Below are positions 9,156 to 19,743 of a stretch of DNA of 41,714 bases, piece by piece (positions within the stretch are counted from its first letter, which is position 1; the number at the start of each line of letters is the position of its first letter). The notes beneath the pieces are model-generated. The model searched no databases. It had not been told where the DNA came from and saw only the letters and a list, made by a program, of their open reading frames with translations. The translations under genes were made by a program, and so were the position numbers. The DNA comes from a plasmid. Location of the stretch: NCBI RefSeq assembly GCF_055900595.2, contig NZ_JBVWEU010000004.1. One strand, 5' to 3'.

Positions 9156-9641
9156 ACATGTATGTAGCTTGTGTTATCTGTGGATTGTGCAGCTCAGCGG
9201 GTCGCTGGTCGTATGGCGGAGTGTCCCCCGTAACCGGCCGCGTGCGGCCGCTAACGCGCAGTACGGCGCCGCGTCCCGCAGACGGGCCGCCGTTCCCGCG
9301 CGCAGCACTGCGCACCCCCGTGGGGGACGTACGGCAGCTGCGTGGCGGTGAGCGGGATTAGGGCTTTGCAGCTACCGTGTTAAGTTCCCTGGTGTCGCTG
9401 AAATAGTTGATGAACATCCCCCTAAGCGTCAGCAGCAAGCTGCCGCCGCTTAGGCCCCGGAAATCACGCCCTTTACGTCGTAAACGCCGTAAAGCCCGCT
9501 CACCGGGGTTAAAAGGGATTACTTTGACTTCTTCATTGCTGTTCGCGAGTTAAGGCTAATCAGGGCAGGGGGTAGGGTGGCAGAATTTATAGCCCGGCAA
9601 CCGGCTACGCCGGGCTTTCGGCGCCATTTTACAACACAGAC

Positions 9642-10698
9642 GGCTTTGTTGAATAAATCGAACTTTTGCTGAGTTGAAGGATCAGATCACGCATCTTCCC
9701 GACAACGCAGACCATTCCGTGGCAAAGCAAAAGTTCAAAATAACCAACTGGCCCACCTACAATAAAGCCCTCATCAACCGTGGCTCCATAACTTTCTGGC
9801 TGGATGATGAAGCTATTCAGGCCTGGTATGAGTCGGCAACGCCTTCATCACGGGGAAGACCTCAGCGCTATTCTGATCTCGCCATCACCACCGTTCTGGT
9901 CATTAAACGCGTGTTCAGGTTGACCCTGCGGGCTGCACAGGGTTTTATTGATTCCATTTTTACACTGATGAATGTTCCGTTGCGCTGCCCGGATTACACC
10001 AGTGTCAGCAAGCGCGCAAAGTCGGTTAATGTCAGTTTCAAAACGTTCACCCGGGGTGAAATCGCGCATCTGGTGATTGATTCCACCGGGCTGAAGGTCT
10101 TTGGTGAAGGCGAATGGAAAGTCAAAAAGCATGGCCAGGAACGCCGTCGTATATGGCGAAAGTTGCATCTGGCAGTTGACAGCAACACACATGAAATCAT
10201 CTGTGCAAACCTGTCGCTGAACAATGTGACGGACTCAGAAGCCTTCCCGGGTCTTATCCGGCAGACTCACAGAAAAATCAGGGCAGCATCGGCAGACGGC
10301 GCTTACGACACCCAACTCTGTCACGATGAACTGCGGCGTAAGAAAATCAGCGCGCTTATCCCGCCCCGAAAAGGCGCGGGTTACTGGCCCGGTGAATATG
10401 CAGACCGTAACCGTGCTGTTGCGAATCAGCGGCTGACCGGGAGTAATGCGCGGTGGAAATGGACAACAGATTACAACCGTCGCTCGATAGCGGAAACGGC
10501 GATGTACCGGGTAAAACAGCTGTTCGGAGGTTCACTGACACTGCGTGACTACGATGGTCAGGTTGCAGAGGCTATGGCCCTGGTACGAGCGCTGAACAAA
10601 ATGACGAAAGCAGGTATGCCTGAAAGCGTGCGTATTGCCTGAAAACACAACCCGCTACGGGGGAGACTTACCCGAAATCTGATTTATTCAACAAAGCC
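9642..10698 (+). mobile_element. IS903-like insertion sequence (IS5 family), 1057 bp, complete
   Basis: 18-bp terminal inverted repeats GGCTTTGTTGAATAAATC / GATTTATTCAACAAAGCC. The sequence matches the recalled IS903 left end. Confidence 0.9.
9674..10642 (+). CDS. IS903 DDE transposase (ORF track 322 aa; GTG at 9719 would give the expected 307 aa)
   Basis: Single long ORF filling the IS. IS5-family transposase sequence. Confidence 0.88.
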   Translation: MKDQITHLPDNADHSVAKQKFKITNWPTYNKALINRGSITFWLDDEAIQAWYESATPSSRGRPQRYSDLAITTVLVIKRVFRLTLRAAQGFIDSIFTLMNVPLRCPDYTSVSKRAKSVNVSFKTFTRGEIAHLVIDSTGLKVFGEGEWKVKKHGQERRRIWRKLHLAVDSNTHEIICANLSLNNVTDSEAFPGLIRQTHRKIRAASADGAYDTQLCHDELRRKKISALIPPRKGAGYWPGEYADRNRAVANQRLTGSNARWKWTTDYNRRSIAETAMYRVKQLFGGSLTLRDYDGQVAEAMALVRALNKMTKAGMPESVRIA

Positions 10699-10781
10699 GC
10701 GCGGGGCTAACAGGTAAGATGAAATTAAGGTTTTACGAACACTGCCACTGTAATTAATTACCGCTACTTTCATAAATCACC

Positions 10782-11168
10782 TCAGAATTTTTTGTTGAAC
10801 TTCTTAGGGTCGAAATTCTCACCGATTTTCTTGAAGAATTCTTTATCAATAATGCCGGGACTCTCTGCTTTTTTACTTTCCTGCACTTCAGGCTCAGACG
10901 GTTGTGTATTGTGCAATACACTTTCCGCTGCACCCTTCGCGCTACTCTTATCATGCGTATTGTGCAATACATTTTTTCGGTTTTGCCGCGTTCTATACAG
11001 TGCCATCTCAAGCCCTTTGGCTGTTACCGAAAAGCTGTATTCGCTGTCGAGGATTTCAGCAATTTCATGCCGCGTTAGCCCTCTGTCCAGCCAGTTCTCG
11101 ATTTCATTTAGGCGCAATCTGACAGCAGCCGATAAGTTGCGGGGTTTCAGATCTGCTGGTTTATTCAT
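10782..11168 (-). CDS. Hypothetical 128-aa protein with an N-terminal HTH-like segment (DRGLTRHEIAEILD) and a low-complexity, lysine-rich tail
   Basis: ORF with RBS GGAGGGGG. Preceded by an 11-bp-phased repeat array. No family recognised. Confidence 0.6.
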   Translation of the reverse strand: MNKPADLKPRNLSAAVRLRLNEIENWLDRGLTRHEIAEILDSEYSFSVTAKGLEMALYRTRQNRKNVLHNTHDKSSAKGAAESVLHNTQPSEPEVQESKKAESPGIIDKEFFKKIGENFDPKKFNKKF

Positions 11169-11229
11169 AACCCCCTCCGTTGTATGAAAATGACTCTACA
11201 ACACTCGTAAGAAGGGGTCAATCGAGTTT

Positions 11230-11380
11230 TGTAGTTTATCTGTAGTTTTATTGTAGTCTATTTGTAGTCTGTCACGTTTTTTGTAGTTTATTTGTAGTTT
11301 TATTGTAGTCTATTTGTAGTCTTACAACACTAAGGCAAAACGTTTTTTGTAGTTTATCTGTAGTTTATCTGTAGTTTTTG
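11230..11380. repeat. Eleven TGTAGT(T/C)T(A/T)T(C/T) units at strict 11-bp phasing in three clusters (4 at 11230-11270, 4 at 11282-11322, 3 at 11348-11380). Clusters 1 and 2 are a 52-bp-offset duplication (40/41 identical)
   Basis: Unit starts counted at 11230, 11241, 11252, 11263, 11282, 11293, 11304, 11315, 11348, 11359 and 11370. TACAACACT flanks lie at 11197 and 11323. Confidence 0.85.
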
Positions 11381-11388
11381 GTTGCTCA

Positions 11389-11412
11389 GATGGTCATGCA
11401 AGCATGACCATC
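11389..11412. repeat. Perfect 11-bp inverted repeat GATGGTCATGC-AA-GCATGACCATC
   Basis: Read directly. Lies between the TGTAGT array and an AT-rich tract that has further short repeats (CCCTTAACCT x2, GCGTGAT-AA-ATCACGC, GGTATTAC x2, ACTGATTTAAA x2). Confidence 0.8.
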
Positions 11413-11716
11413 AAAGAATAGGACGCTTTTTAGCCAAATGCCCCTTAACCTACGGAGATCGCCCTACCAAAAAAAGATGATTTTTTATCCCTTAACCTGC
11501 TATACACCTAACGCAGCGTGATAAATCACGCTATCGCACTGATTTAAAAGAAAAAAAACAAAATTTAGCCATGCTGCGGTATTACCCAGGTATTACAAAT
11601 CAAATCTAAATTACTGATTTAAATAACTTTTTATTTATTACTTTGGTAATACTATGATTTCACCGTATTAGACACCCTTTTTTCGTTTAAAAAATGCACA
11701 AATTGAGGACTGAATG

Positions 11717-11981
11717 GGCTTTGTTGAATAAATCGAACTTTTGCTGAGTTGAAGGATCAGATCACGCATCTTCCCGACAACGCAGACCGTTCCGTGGCAA
11801 AGCAAAAGTTCAAAATAACCAACTGGCCCACCTACAATAAAGCCCTCATCAACCGTGGCTCCATAACTTTCTGGCTGGATGATGAAGCTATTCAGGCCTG
11901 GTATGAGTCAGCAACACCTTCTTCACGAGGCAGACCTCAGCGCTATTCTGACCTTGCCATCACGACTGTGCTGGTCATTAA
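11717..11981 (+). mobile_element. IS903 left-end fragment (265 bp), truncated by the Tn1721 IR
   Basis: Near-identical to 9642-9906. Homology ends at CATTAA|GGGGAGCCC. Confidence 0.9.
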
Positions 11982-12019
11982 GGGGAGCCCGCAGAATTCG
12001 GAAAAAATCGTACGCTAAG
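11982..12019 (+). repeat. Tn1721-type 38-bp terminal inverted repeat (IRR-II)
   Basis: GGGGAGCCCGCAGAATTCGGAAAAAATCGTACGCTAAG, as recalled for Tn1721. Confidence 0.9.
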
Positions 12020-13767
12020 GTTTTCCGGGCATCCGTAAGGGCCGAAACTTCCCGTCTTCCAGTCTGCGGCTCTGCCGCCAGACGTAATCGCCGGTTAGGT
12101 TGATGTGCTCCCAGCCCAGCGGCGACAGGAATTGCAGCAGCTCGCCGTCCACCGGCTTGCCGGCCTCGACCAACCCCTGGGTGGCGCGTTCCAGGTACAC
12201 CGTGTTCCACAGCACGATAGCCGCCGTCACCAGGTTGAGGCCGCTGGCCCGGTAGCGCTGCTGCTCGAAGCTCCGATCCCTGATTTCCCCAAGGCGGTTG
12301 AAGAACACCGCCCTGGCCAGCGAGTTGCGCGCCTCACCTTTGTTCAGGCCGGCATGCACGCGGCGGCGCAGTTCAACACTTTGCAGCCAGTCCAGGATGA
12401 ACAGCGTGCGCTCGATCCGGCCCAGCTCGCGCAGGGCCACGGCCAGTCCGTTCTGGCGCGGGTAGCTGCCGAGCTTGCGCAGCATCAGCGAGGCGGTGAC
12501 GGTGCCCTGCTTGATCGAGCTGGCCAGGCGCAGGATGTCGTCCCAGTGGGCACGCACGTGCTTGATGTTCAGGGTGCCGCCGATCAGCGGGCGCAACGTC
12601 GGGTAGGCTTGCACGCCCTGCGGCACGTACAGCTTGGTTTCGCCGAGGTCGCGGATGCGCGGCGCGAAGCGGAAGCCTAGCAGGTGCATCAGGGCAAAGA
12701 CGTGATCGGTGAAGCCGGCCGTGTCGGTGTAGTGCTCCTCGATCCGCAGGTCGGACTCGTGGTACAGCAGGCCGTCGAGCACATAGGTGGAATCGCGGAC
12801 GCCGACATTCACCACGCGGGTGCTGAACGGCGCGTACTGGTCGGAGATATGGGTATAGAACAGCCGTCCCGGCTCGCTACCGTACTTCGGGTTGACGTGC
12901 CCGGTGCTCTCGCCCCGGCCACCCGCGCGGAAGCGCTGGCCATCGGAGGATGAGGTCGTGCCGTCGCCCCAGTGGGCGGCAAAGGCGTGGCGATACTGGT
13001 GGTTGACCAGCTCGGCCAAGGCCGCCGAATAGGTTTCGTCGCGGATGTGCCAGGCTTGCAGCCAGGACAGCTTGGCGTAGGTCAGGCCGGGGCTCGACTC
13101 GGCCATCTTGGTCAGCCCGAGGTTGATCGCATCACCGAGGATTGCGGACAGCAGCAACGTCCTGTCTTTGGCCTCGGCCCCGTCCTTCAAGTGGGTGAAG
13201 TGGCGGCTGAAGCCCGTCCAGTCGTCCACGTCCATCAGCAGTTCGGTGATCTTGATGCGCGGCAGTAACTGGCTGGTTTGGTCGATCAGCGCCTGCGCCC
13301 GATCCGGCACCGCCGCATCCAGCGGGGTGATTTTCAGCCCTGACTCGGTGAGGATGGCATCGGGCAGCTCGTTGTCCTTGGCCAGGCGGGTGACGGTGGC
13401 CAACTGCTCGTCCAGCAGCTGCAAACGCTCTTCCAGGTACTGGTCGCTGTTCGGGTTGATCGCCAGGGGCAGGGCCTGCTCGCGCTTGAGTGCGGCGAAC
13501 TTCTCGGCCGGCAGCAGGTAGTCGTCGAAGTCGCGGAACTGCCGCGAGCCCTTGACCCAGATGTCGCCGGAGCGCAGGGCGTTCTTCAGCTCGGACAGGG
13601 CGCAGATTTCGTAGAATTTCCGGTCGAGGCCTTCCGGGGTGATCACCAGCGGCTTCCAGCGCGGCTTGATGAAGGCCGTGGGTGCATCGGCCGGCACCTT
13701 GCGCAGGTTGTCGGCGTTCATCTCACGCAGGGTCTGCACGGCTGCCAGCACGCCTTGCGCGGCCGGC
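12015..13767 (-). pseudogene. tnpA: 5-prime-truncated tnpA copy (Tn1721 delta-tnpA of the tet module)
   Basis: Matches the C-terminal 583 codons of the tnpA at 17503-25424 (one synonymous nucleotide difference seen at 12635). Identity ends at 13767 (GCGCGGCCGGC). Confidence 0.9.
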
Positions 13768-14162
13768 CCGTGCTGTTCCCCAACTTTTCGCTCGGCGAAG
13801 AGTATGAACATGCGCCGCCGGCGACGAATCGCCAAATCTCACCGTATCTCCCGAGCGGACGATTTCGCACCGGTCTGCCCGTCGAAGGGCTTGCGATCGA
13901 ACGGGGCGACCTTTTCTATGCATGTCCGCGAGCCAGCGTCTTTTATGGCACGGCGCTCGACGCCGACCTTCGGACGCGCGGCGTAAGCACGCTTGTCATG
14001 GCCGGGATAAGCACCACCGGCGTTGTTCTTTCAAGCGTCGCCTGGGCTAGTGATGCGGACTACGACGTGCGTTTGGTCCAGGACTGCTGCTACGACCCGG
14101 ATCGGGATGCCCACGAAGCTCTGTTGCGTTCCGGGTTCGGCGGACGTGTACAGGTCGTGTAA
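13768..14162 (+). pseudogene. C-terminal fragment of an isochorismatase/cysteine-hydrolase family gene
   Basis: RASVFYGTALDADLRTRGVSTLVMAGISTTGVVLSS...DYDVRLVQDCC resembles the family's C-terminal half. There is no N-terminal part. Confidence 0.5.
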
Positions 14163-14299
14163 TTTTCGGGCCTCGCATGATCGCGGCCATAGCCGCAGGT
14201 GGATTGGTGCGAGGCAGGGCCAGTCCAAGTCAGGGTGCGGTCATCGCGGCGCCTGCAACTCTCAAAAACCCATCGCCGTAGCGGAGGTCTTGTAATCGC

Positions 14300-15184
14300 A
14301 TGTCATTACGCACGCCCGATTTATTGTTCACAGCGATAGCACCTGCCATTTGGGGCAGCACCTACATTGTCACCACCCAATACCTGCCGAACTTCTCACC
14401 GATGACGGTCGCGATGCTGCGGGCGTTGCCGGCGGGTTTATTGCTCGTGATGATCGTCCGACAGATTCCAACGGGAATCTGGTGGATGCGCATCTTCATC
14501 CTCGGCGCACTTAATATTTCGCTATTCTGGAGCTTGTTGTTTATTTCGGTCTACCGCCTGCCGGGCGGGGTCGCGGCGACGGTAGGCGCTGTGCAGCCGC
14601 TGATGGTCGTGTTCATCTCTGCCGCTCTGCTAGGTAGCCCGATACGATTGATGGCGGTCCTGGGGGCTATTTGCGGAACTGCGGGCGTGGCGCTGTTGGT
14701 GTTGACACCAAACGCAGCGCTAGATCCTGTCGGCGTCGCAGCGGGCCTGGCGGGGGCGGTTTCCATGGCGTTCGGAACCGTGCTGACCCGCAAGTGGCAA
14801 CCTCCCGTGCCTCTGCTCACCTTTACCGCCTGGCAACTGGCGGCCGGAGGACTTCTGCTCGTTCCAGTAGCTTTAGTGTTTGATCCGCCAATCCCGATGC
14901 CTACAGGAACCAATGTTCTCGGCCTGGCGTGGCTCGGCCTGATCGGAGCGGGTTTAACCTACTTCCTTTGGTTCCGGGGGATCTCGCGACTCGAACCTAC
15001 AGTTGTTTCCTTACTGGGCTTTCTCAGCCCGGGGACCGCCGTGTTGCTAGGATGGTTGTTCTTGGATCAGACGCTGAGTGCGCTTCAAATCATCGGCGTC
15101 CTGCTCGTGATCGGGAGTATCTGGCTGGGCCAACGTTCCAACCGCACTCCTAGGGCGCGTATAGCTTGCCGGAAGTCGCCTTGA
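14300..15184 (+). CDS. pecM: EamA/DMT-family transporter (PecM-like of Tn1721), 294 aa
   Basis: Ten-TM hydrophobic profile. In the Tn1721 position, downstream of tetA(A). Confidence 0.85.
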   Translation: MSLRTPDLLFTAIAPAIWGSTYIVTTQYLPNFSPMTVAMLRALPAGLLLVMIVRQIPTGIWWMRIFILGALNISLFWSLLFISVYRLPGGVAATVGAVQPLMVVFISAALLGSPIRLMAVLGAICGTAGVALLVLTPNAALDPVGVAAGLAGAVSMAFGTVLTRKWQPPVPLLTFTAWQLAAGGLLLVPVALVFDPPIPMPTGTNVLGLAWLGLIGAGLTYFLWFRGISRLEPTVVSLLGFLSPGTAVLLGWLFLDQTLSALQIIGVLLVIGSIWLGQRSNRTPRARIACRKSP

Positions 15185-15215
15185 CCCGCATGGCATAGGC
15201 CTATCGTTTCCACGA

Positions 15216-16415
15216 TCAGCGATCGGCTCGTTGCCCTGCGCCGCTCCAAAGCCCGCGACGCAGCGCCGGCAGGCAGAGCAAGTAGAGGGCAGCGCCTGCA
15301 ATCCATGCCCACCCGTTCCACGTTGTTATAGAAGCCGCATAGATCGCCGTGAAGAGGAGGGGTCCGACGATCGAGGTCAGGCTGGTGAGCGCCGCCAGTG
15401 AGCCTTGCAGCTGCCCCTGACGTTCCTCATCCACCTGCCTGGACAACATTGCTTGCAGCGCCGGCATTCCGATGCCACCCGAAGCAAGCAGGACCATGAT
15501 CGGGAACGCCATCCATCCCCGTGTCGCGAAGGCAAGCAGGATGTAGCCTGTGCCGTCGGCAATCATTCCGAGCATGAGTGCCCGCCTTTCGCCGAGCCGG
15601 GCGGCTACAGGGCCGGTGATCATTGCCTGGGCGAGTGAATGCAGAATGCCAAATGCGGCAAGCGAAATGCCGATCGTGGTCGCGTCCCAGTGAAAGCGAT
15701 CCTCGCCGAAAATGACCCAAAGCGCGGCCGGCACCTGTCCGACAAGTTGCATGATGAAGAAGACCGCCATCAGGGCGGCGACGACGGTCATGCCCCGGGC
15801 CCACCGGAACGAAGCGAGCGGGTTGAGAGCCTCCCGGCGTAACGGCCGGCGTTCGCCTTTGTGCGACTCCGGCAAAAGGAAACAGCCCGTCAGGAAATTG
15901 AGGCCGTTCAAGGCTGCCGCGGCGAAGAACGGAGCGTGGGGGGAGAAACCGCCCATCAGCCCACCGAGCACAGGTCCCGCGACCATCCCGAACCCGAAAC
16001 AGGCGCTCATGAAGCCGAAGTGCCGCGCGCGCTCATCGCCATCAGTGATATCGGCAATATAAGCGCCGGCTACCGCCCCAGTCGCCCCGGTGATGCCGGC
16101 CACGATCCGCCCGATATAGAGAACCCAAAGGAAAGGCGTCGTCGCCATGATGGCGTAGTCGACAGCAGCGCCGGCCAGCGAGACGAGCAAGACCGGCCGC
16201 CGCCCGAAACGATCCGACAGCGCGCCCAGCACAGGTGCGCAGGCAAATTGCATCAACGCATACAGCGCCAGCAGAATGCCATAGTGGGCGGTGACGTCGT
16301 TCGAGTGAACCAGATCGCGCAGGAGGCCCGGCAGCACCGGCATAATCAGGCCGATGCCGACAGCGTCGAGCGCGACAGTGCTCAGAATTACGATCAGGGG
16401 TCTGTTGGGTTTCAC
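15216..16415 (-). CDS. tetA: Tetracycline efflux MFS pump TetA, class A, 399 aa from GTG 16415
   Basis: VKPNRPLIVILSTVALDAVGIGLIMPVLPGLLRD... is typical TetA(A). Divergent from tetR. The ORF-track N-extension is ignored. Confidence 0.93.
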   Translation of the reverse strand: MKPNRPLIVILSTVALDAVGIGLIMPVLPGLLRDLVHSNDVTAHYGILLALYALMQFACAPVLGALSDRFGRRPVLLVSLAGAAVDYAIMATTPFLWVLYIGRIVAGITGATGAVAGAYIADITDGDERARHFGFMSACFGFGMVAGPVLGGLMGGFSPHAPFFAAAALNGLNFLTGCFLLPESHKGERRPLRREALNPLASFRWARGMTVVAALMAVFFIMQLVGQVPAALWVIFGEDRFHWDATTIGISLAAFGILHSLAQAMITGPVAARLGERRALMLGMIADGTGYILLAFATRGWMAFPIMVLLASGGIGMPALQAMLSRQVDEERQGQLQGSLAALTSLTSIVGPLLFTAIYAASITTWNGWAWIAGAALYLLCLPALRRGLWSGAGQRADR

Positions 16416-16463
16416 GTCTGGCCTCCGGACCAGCCTCCGCTGGTCCGATTGAACGCGCGGATT

Positions 16464-16511
16464 CTTTATCACTGATAAGTTGGTGGACATATTATGTTTA
16501 TCAGTGATAAA
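16464..16511. promoter_or_regulatory. Two tet operators (CTTTATCACTGATAAG 16464-16479; TTTATCAGTGATAAA 16497-16511) in the tetA/tetR divergent promoter region
   Basis: Palindromic TetR-operator-type sequences between the divergent genes. Confidence 0.8.
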
Positions 16512-16520
16512 GTGTCAAGC

Positions 16521-17171
16521 ATGACAAAGTTGCAGCCGAATACAGTGATCCGTGCCGCCCTGGACCTGTTGAACGAGGTCGGCGTAGACGGTCTGACGAC
16601 ACGCAAACTGGCGGAACGGTTGGGGGTTCAGCAGCCGGCGCTTTACTGGCACTTCAGGAACAAGCGGGCGCTGCTCGACGCACTGGCCGAAGCCATGCTG
16701 GCGGAGAATCATACGCATTCGGTGCCGAGAGCCGACGACGACTGGCGCTCATTTCTGATCGGGAATGCCCGCAGCTTCAGGCAGGCGCTGCTCGCCTACC
16801 GCGATGGCGCGCGCATCCATGCCGGCACGCGACCGGGCGCACCGCAGATGGAAACGGCCGACGCGCAGCTTCGCTTCCTCTGCGAGGCGGGTTTTTCGGC
16901 CGGGGACGCCGTCAATGCGCTGATGACAATCAGCTACTTCACTGTTGGGGCCGTGCTTGAGGAGCAGGCCGGCGACAGCGATGCCGGCGAGCGCGGCGGC
17001 ACCGTTGAACAGGCTCCGCTCTCGCCGCTGTTGCGGGCCGCGATAGACGCCTTCGACGAAGCCGATCCGGACGCAGCGTTCGAGCAGGGACTCGCGGTGA
17101 TTGTCGATGGATTGGCGAAAAGGAGGCTCGTTGTCAGGAACGTTGAAGGACCGAGAAAGGGTGACGATTGA
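16521..17171 (+). CDS. tetR: Tetracycline repressor TetR, class A, 216 aa from ATG 16521
   Basis: MTKLQPNTVIRAALDLLNEVGVDGLTTRKLAERLGVQQPALYWHFRNKRALLDAL. Confidence 0.93.
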   Translation: MTKLQPNTVIRAALDLLNEVGVDGLTTRKLAERLGVQQPALYWHFRNKRALLDALAEAMLAENHTHSVPRADDDWRSFLIGNARSFRQALLAYRDGARIHAGTRPGAPQMETADAQLRFLCEAGFSAGDAVNALMTISYFTVGAVLEEQAGDSDAGERGGTVEQAPLSPLLRAAIDAFDEADPDAAFEQGLAVIVDGLAKRRLVVRNVEGPRKGDD

Positions 17172-17469
17172 TCAGGACCGCTGCCGGAGCGCAACCCACT
17201 CACTACAGCAGAGCCATGTAGACAACATCCCCTCCCCCTTTCCACCGCGTCAGACGCCCGTAGCAGCCCGCTACGGGCTTTTTCATGCCCTGCCCTAGCG
17301 TCCAAGCCTCACGGCCGCGCTCGGCCTCTCTGGCGGCCTTCTGGCGCTCCTGCTGCGGCGTCCGCTCGTGGGCCGTGGCGCGGGTCCGCGCGCCGGCCTC
17401 GTGCGCCTGGCGCTCGCGGGCGAGGTCCAGGGCGGCCGTCTTCACGTTCTGCCTTGCGCAGATGAGATA

Positions 17470-17507
17470 GGGGAGCCCGCAGAATTCGGAAAAAATCGTA
17501 CGCTAAG
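17470..17507 (+). repeat. Tn1721-type 38-bp terminal inverted repeat (IRR-I), same orientation as 11982-12019
   Basis: Identical 38-mer GGGGAGCCCGCAGAATTCGGAAAAAATCGTACGCTAAG. Confidence 0.9.
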
Positions 17508-17832
17508 GTTTTCCGGGCATCCGTAAGGGCCGAAACTTCCCGTCTTCCAGTCTGCGGCTCTGCCGCCAGACGTAATCGCCGGTTAGGTTGATGTGCTCCC
17601 AGCCCAGCGGCGACAGGAATTGCAGCAGCTCGCCGTCCACCGGCTTGCCGGCCTCGACCAACCCCTGGGTGGCGCGTTCCAGGTACACCGTGTTCCACAG
17701 CACGATAGCCGCCGTCACCAGGTTGAGGCCGCTGGCCCGGTAGCGCTGCTGCTCGAAGCTCCGATCCCTGATTTCCCCAAGGCGGTTGAAGAACACCGCC
17801 CTGGCCAGCGAGTTGCGCGCCTCACCTTTGTT
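17503..17832 (-). pseudogene. tnpA: 3-prime segment of Tn1721-type tnpA, split by the blaTEM transposon
   Basis: The frame continues to the junction at 17832. Joining it to 22783-25424 minus one 5-bp duplication restores 2967 nt (988 codons plus the stop). Confidence 0.9.
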
Positions 17833-17979
17833 GGGGTCTGACGCTCAGTGGAACGAAAACTCACGTTAAGGGATTTTGGTCATGAGATTATCAAAAAGGA
17901 TCTTCACCTAGATCCTTTTAAATTAAAAATGAAGTTTTAAATCAATCTAAAGTATATATGAGTAAACTTGGTCTGACAG

Positions 17980-18852
<873 letters not shown>

Positions 18853-19022
18853 TCAATATTATTGAAGCATTTACCAGGGTTATTGTCTCATGAGCGGATA
18901 CATATTTGAATGTATTTAGAAAAATAAACAAATAGGGGTTCCGCGCACATTTCCCCGAAAAGTGCCACCTGACGTCTAAGAAACCATTATTATCATGACA
19001 TTAACCTATAAAAATAGGCGTA

Positions 19023-19743
<721 letters not shown>

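Noticed and set aside
8563-9361. Five long overlapping ORFs on both strands (up to 250 aa) across the second iteron array
   Set aside because: This is the same artefact: open frames generated by a GC-rich 37-bp tandem repeat. All are mutually overlapping and periodic.
10750-10761. Palindrome GTAATTAATTAC here and the similar GTAATTTAATTAC at 38568-38580, as a possible shared recombination site
   Set aside because: Short AT-only palindromes of this kind arise easily by chance in AT-rich intergenic DNA. The flanks share no further similarity, so a link is not supported.
12105-13521. Plus-strand ORFs antisense to the Tn1721 tnpA copies (also 22797-23964, 24198-24980, 25089-26144)
   Set aside because: These are typical spurious open frames on the antisense strand of very GC-rich coding DNA. 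The real genes are strongly supported on the other strand.
15377-16475. ORFs overlapping or antisense to tetA(A) (for example 15861..16475, 204 aa)
   Set aside because: These are GC-rich antisense artefacts within a well-recognised gene.
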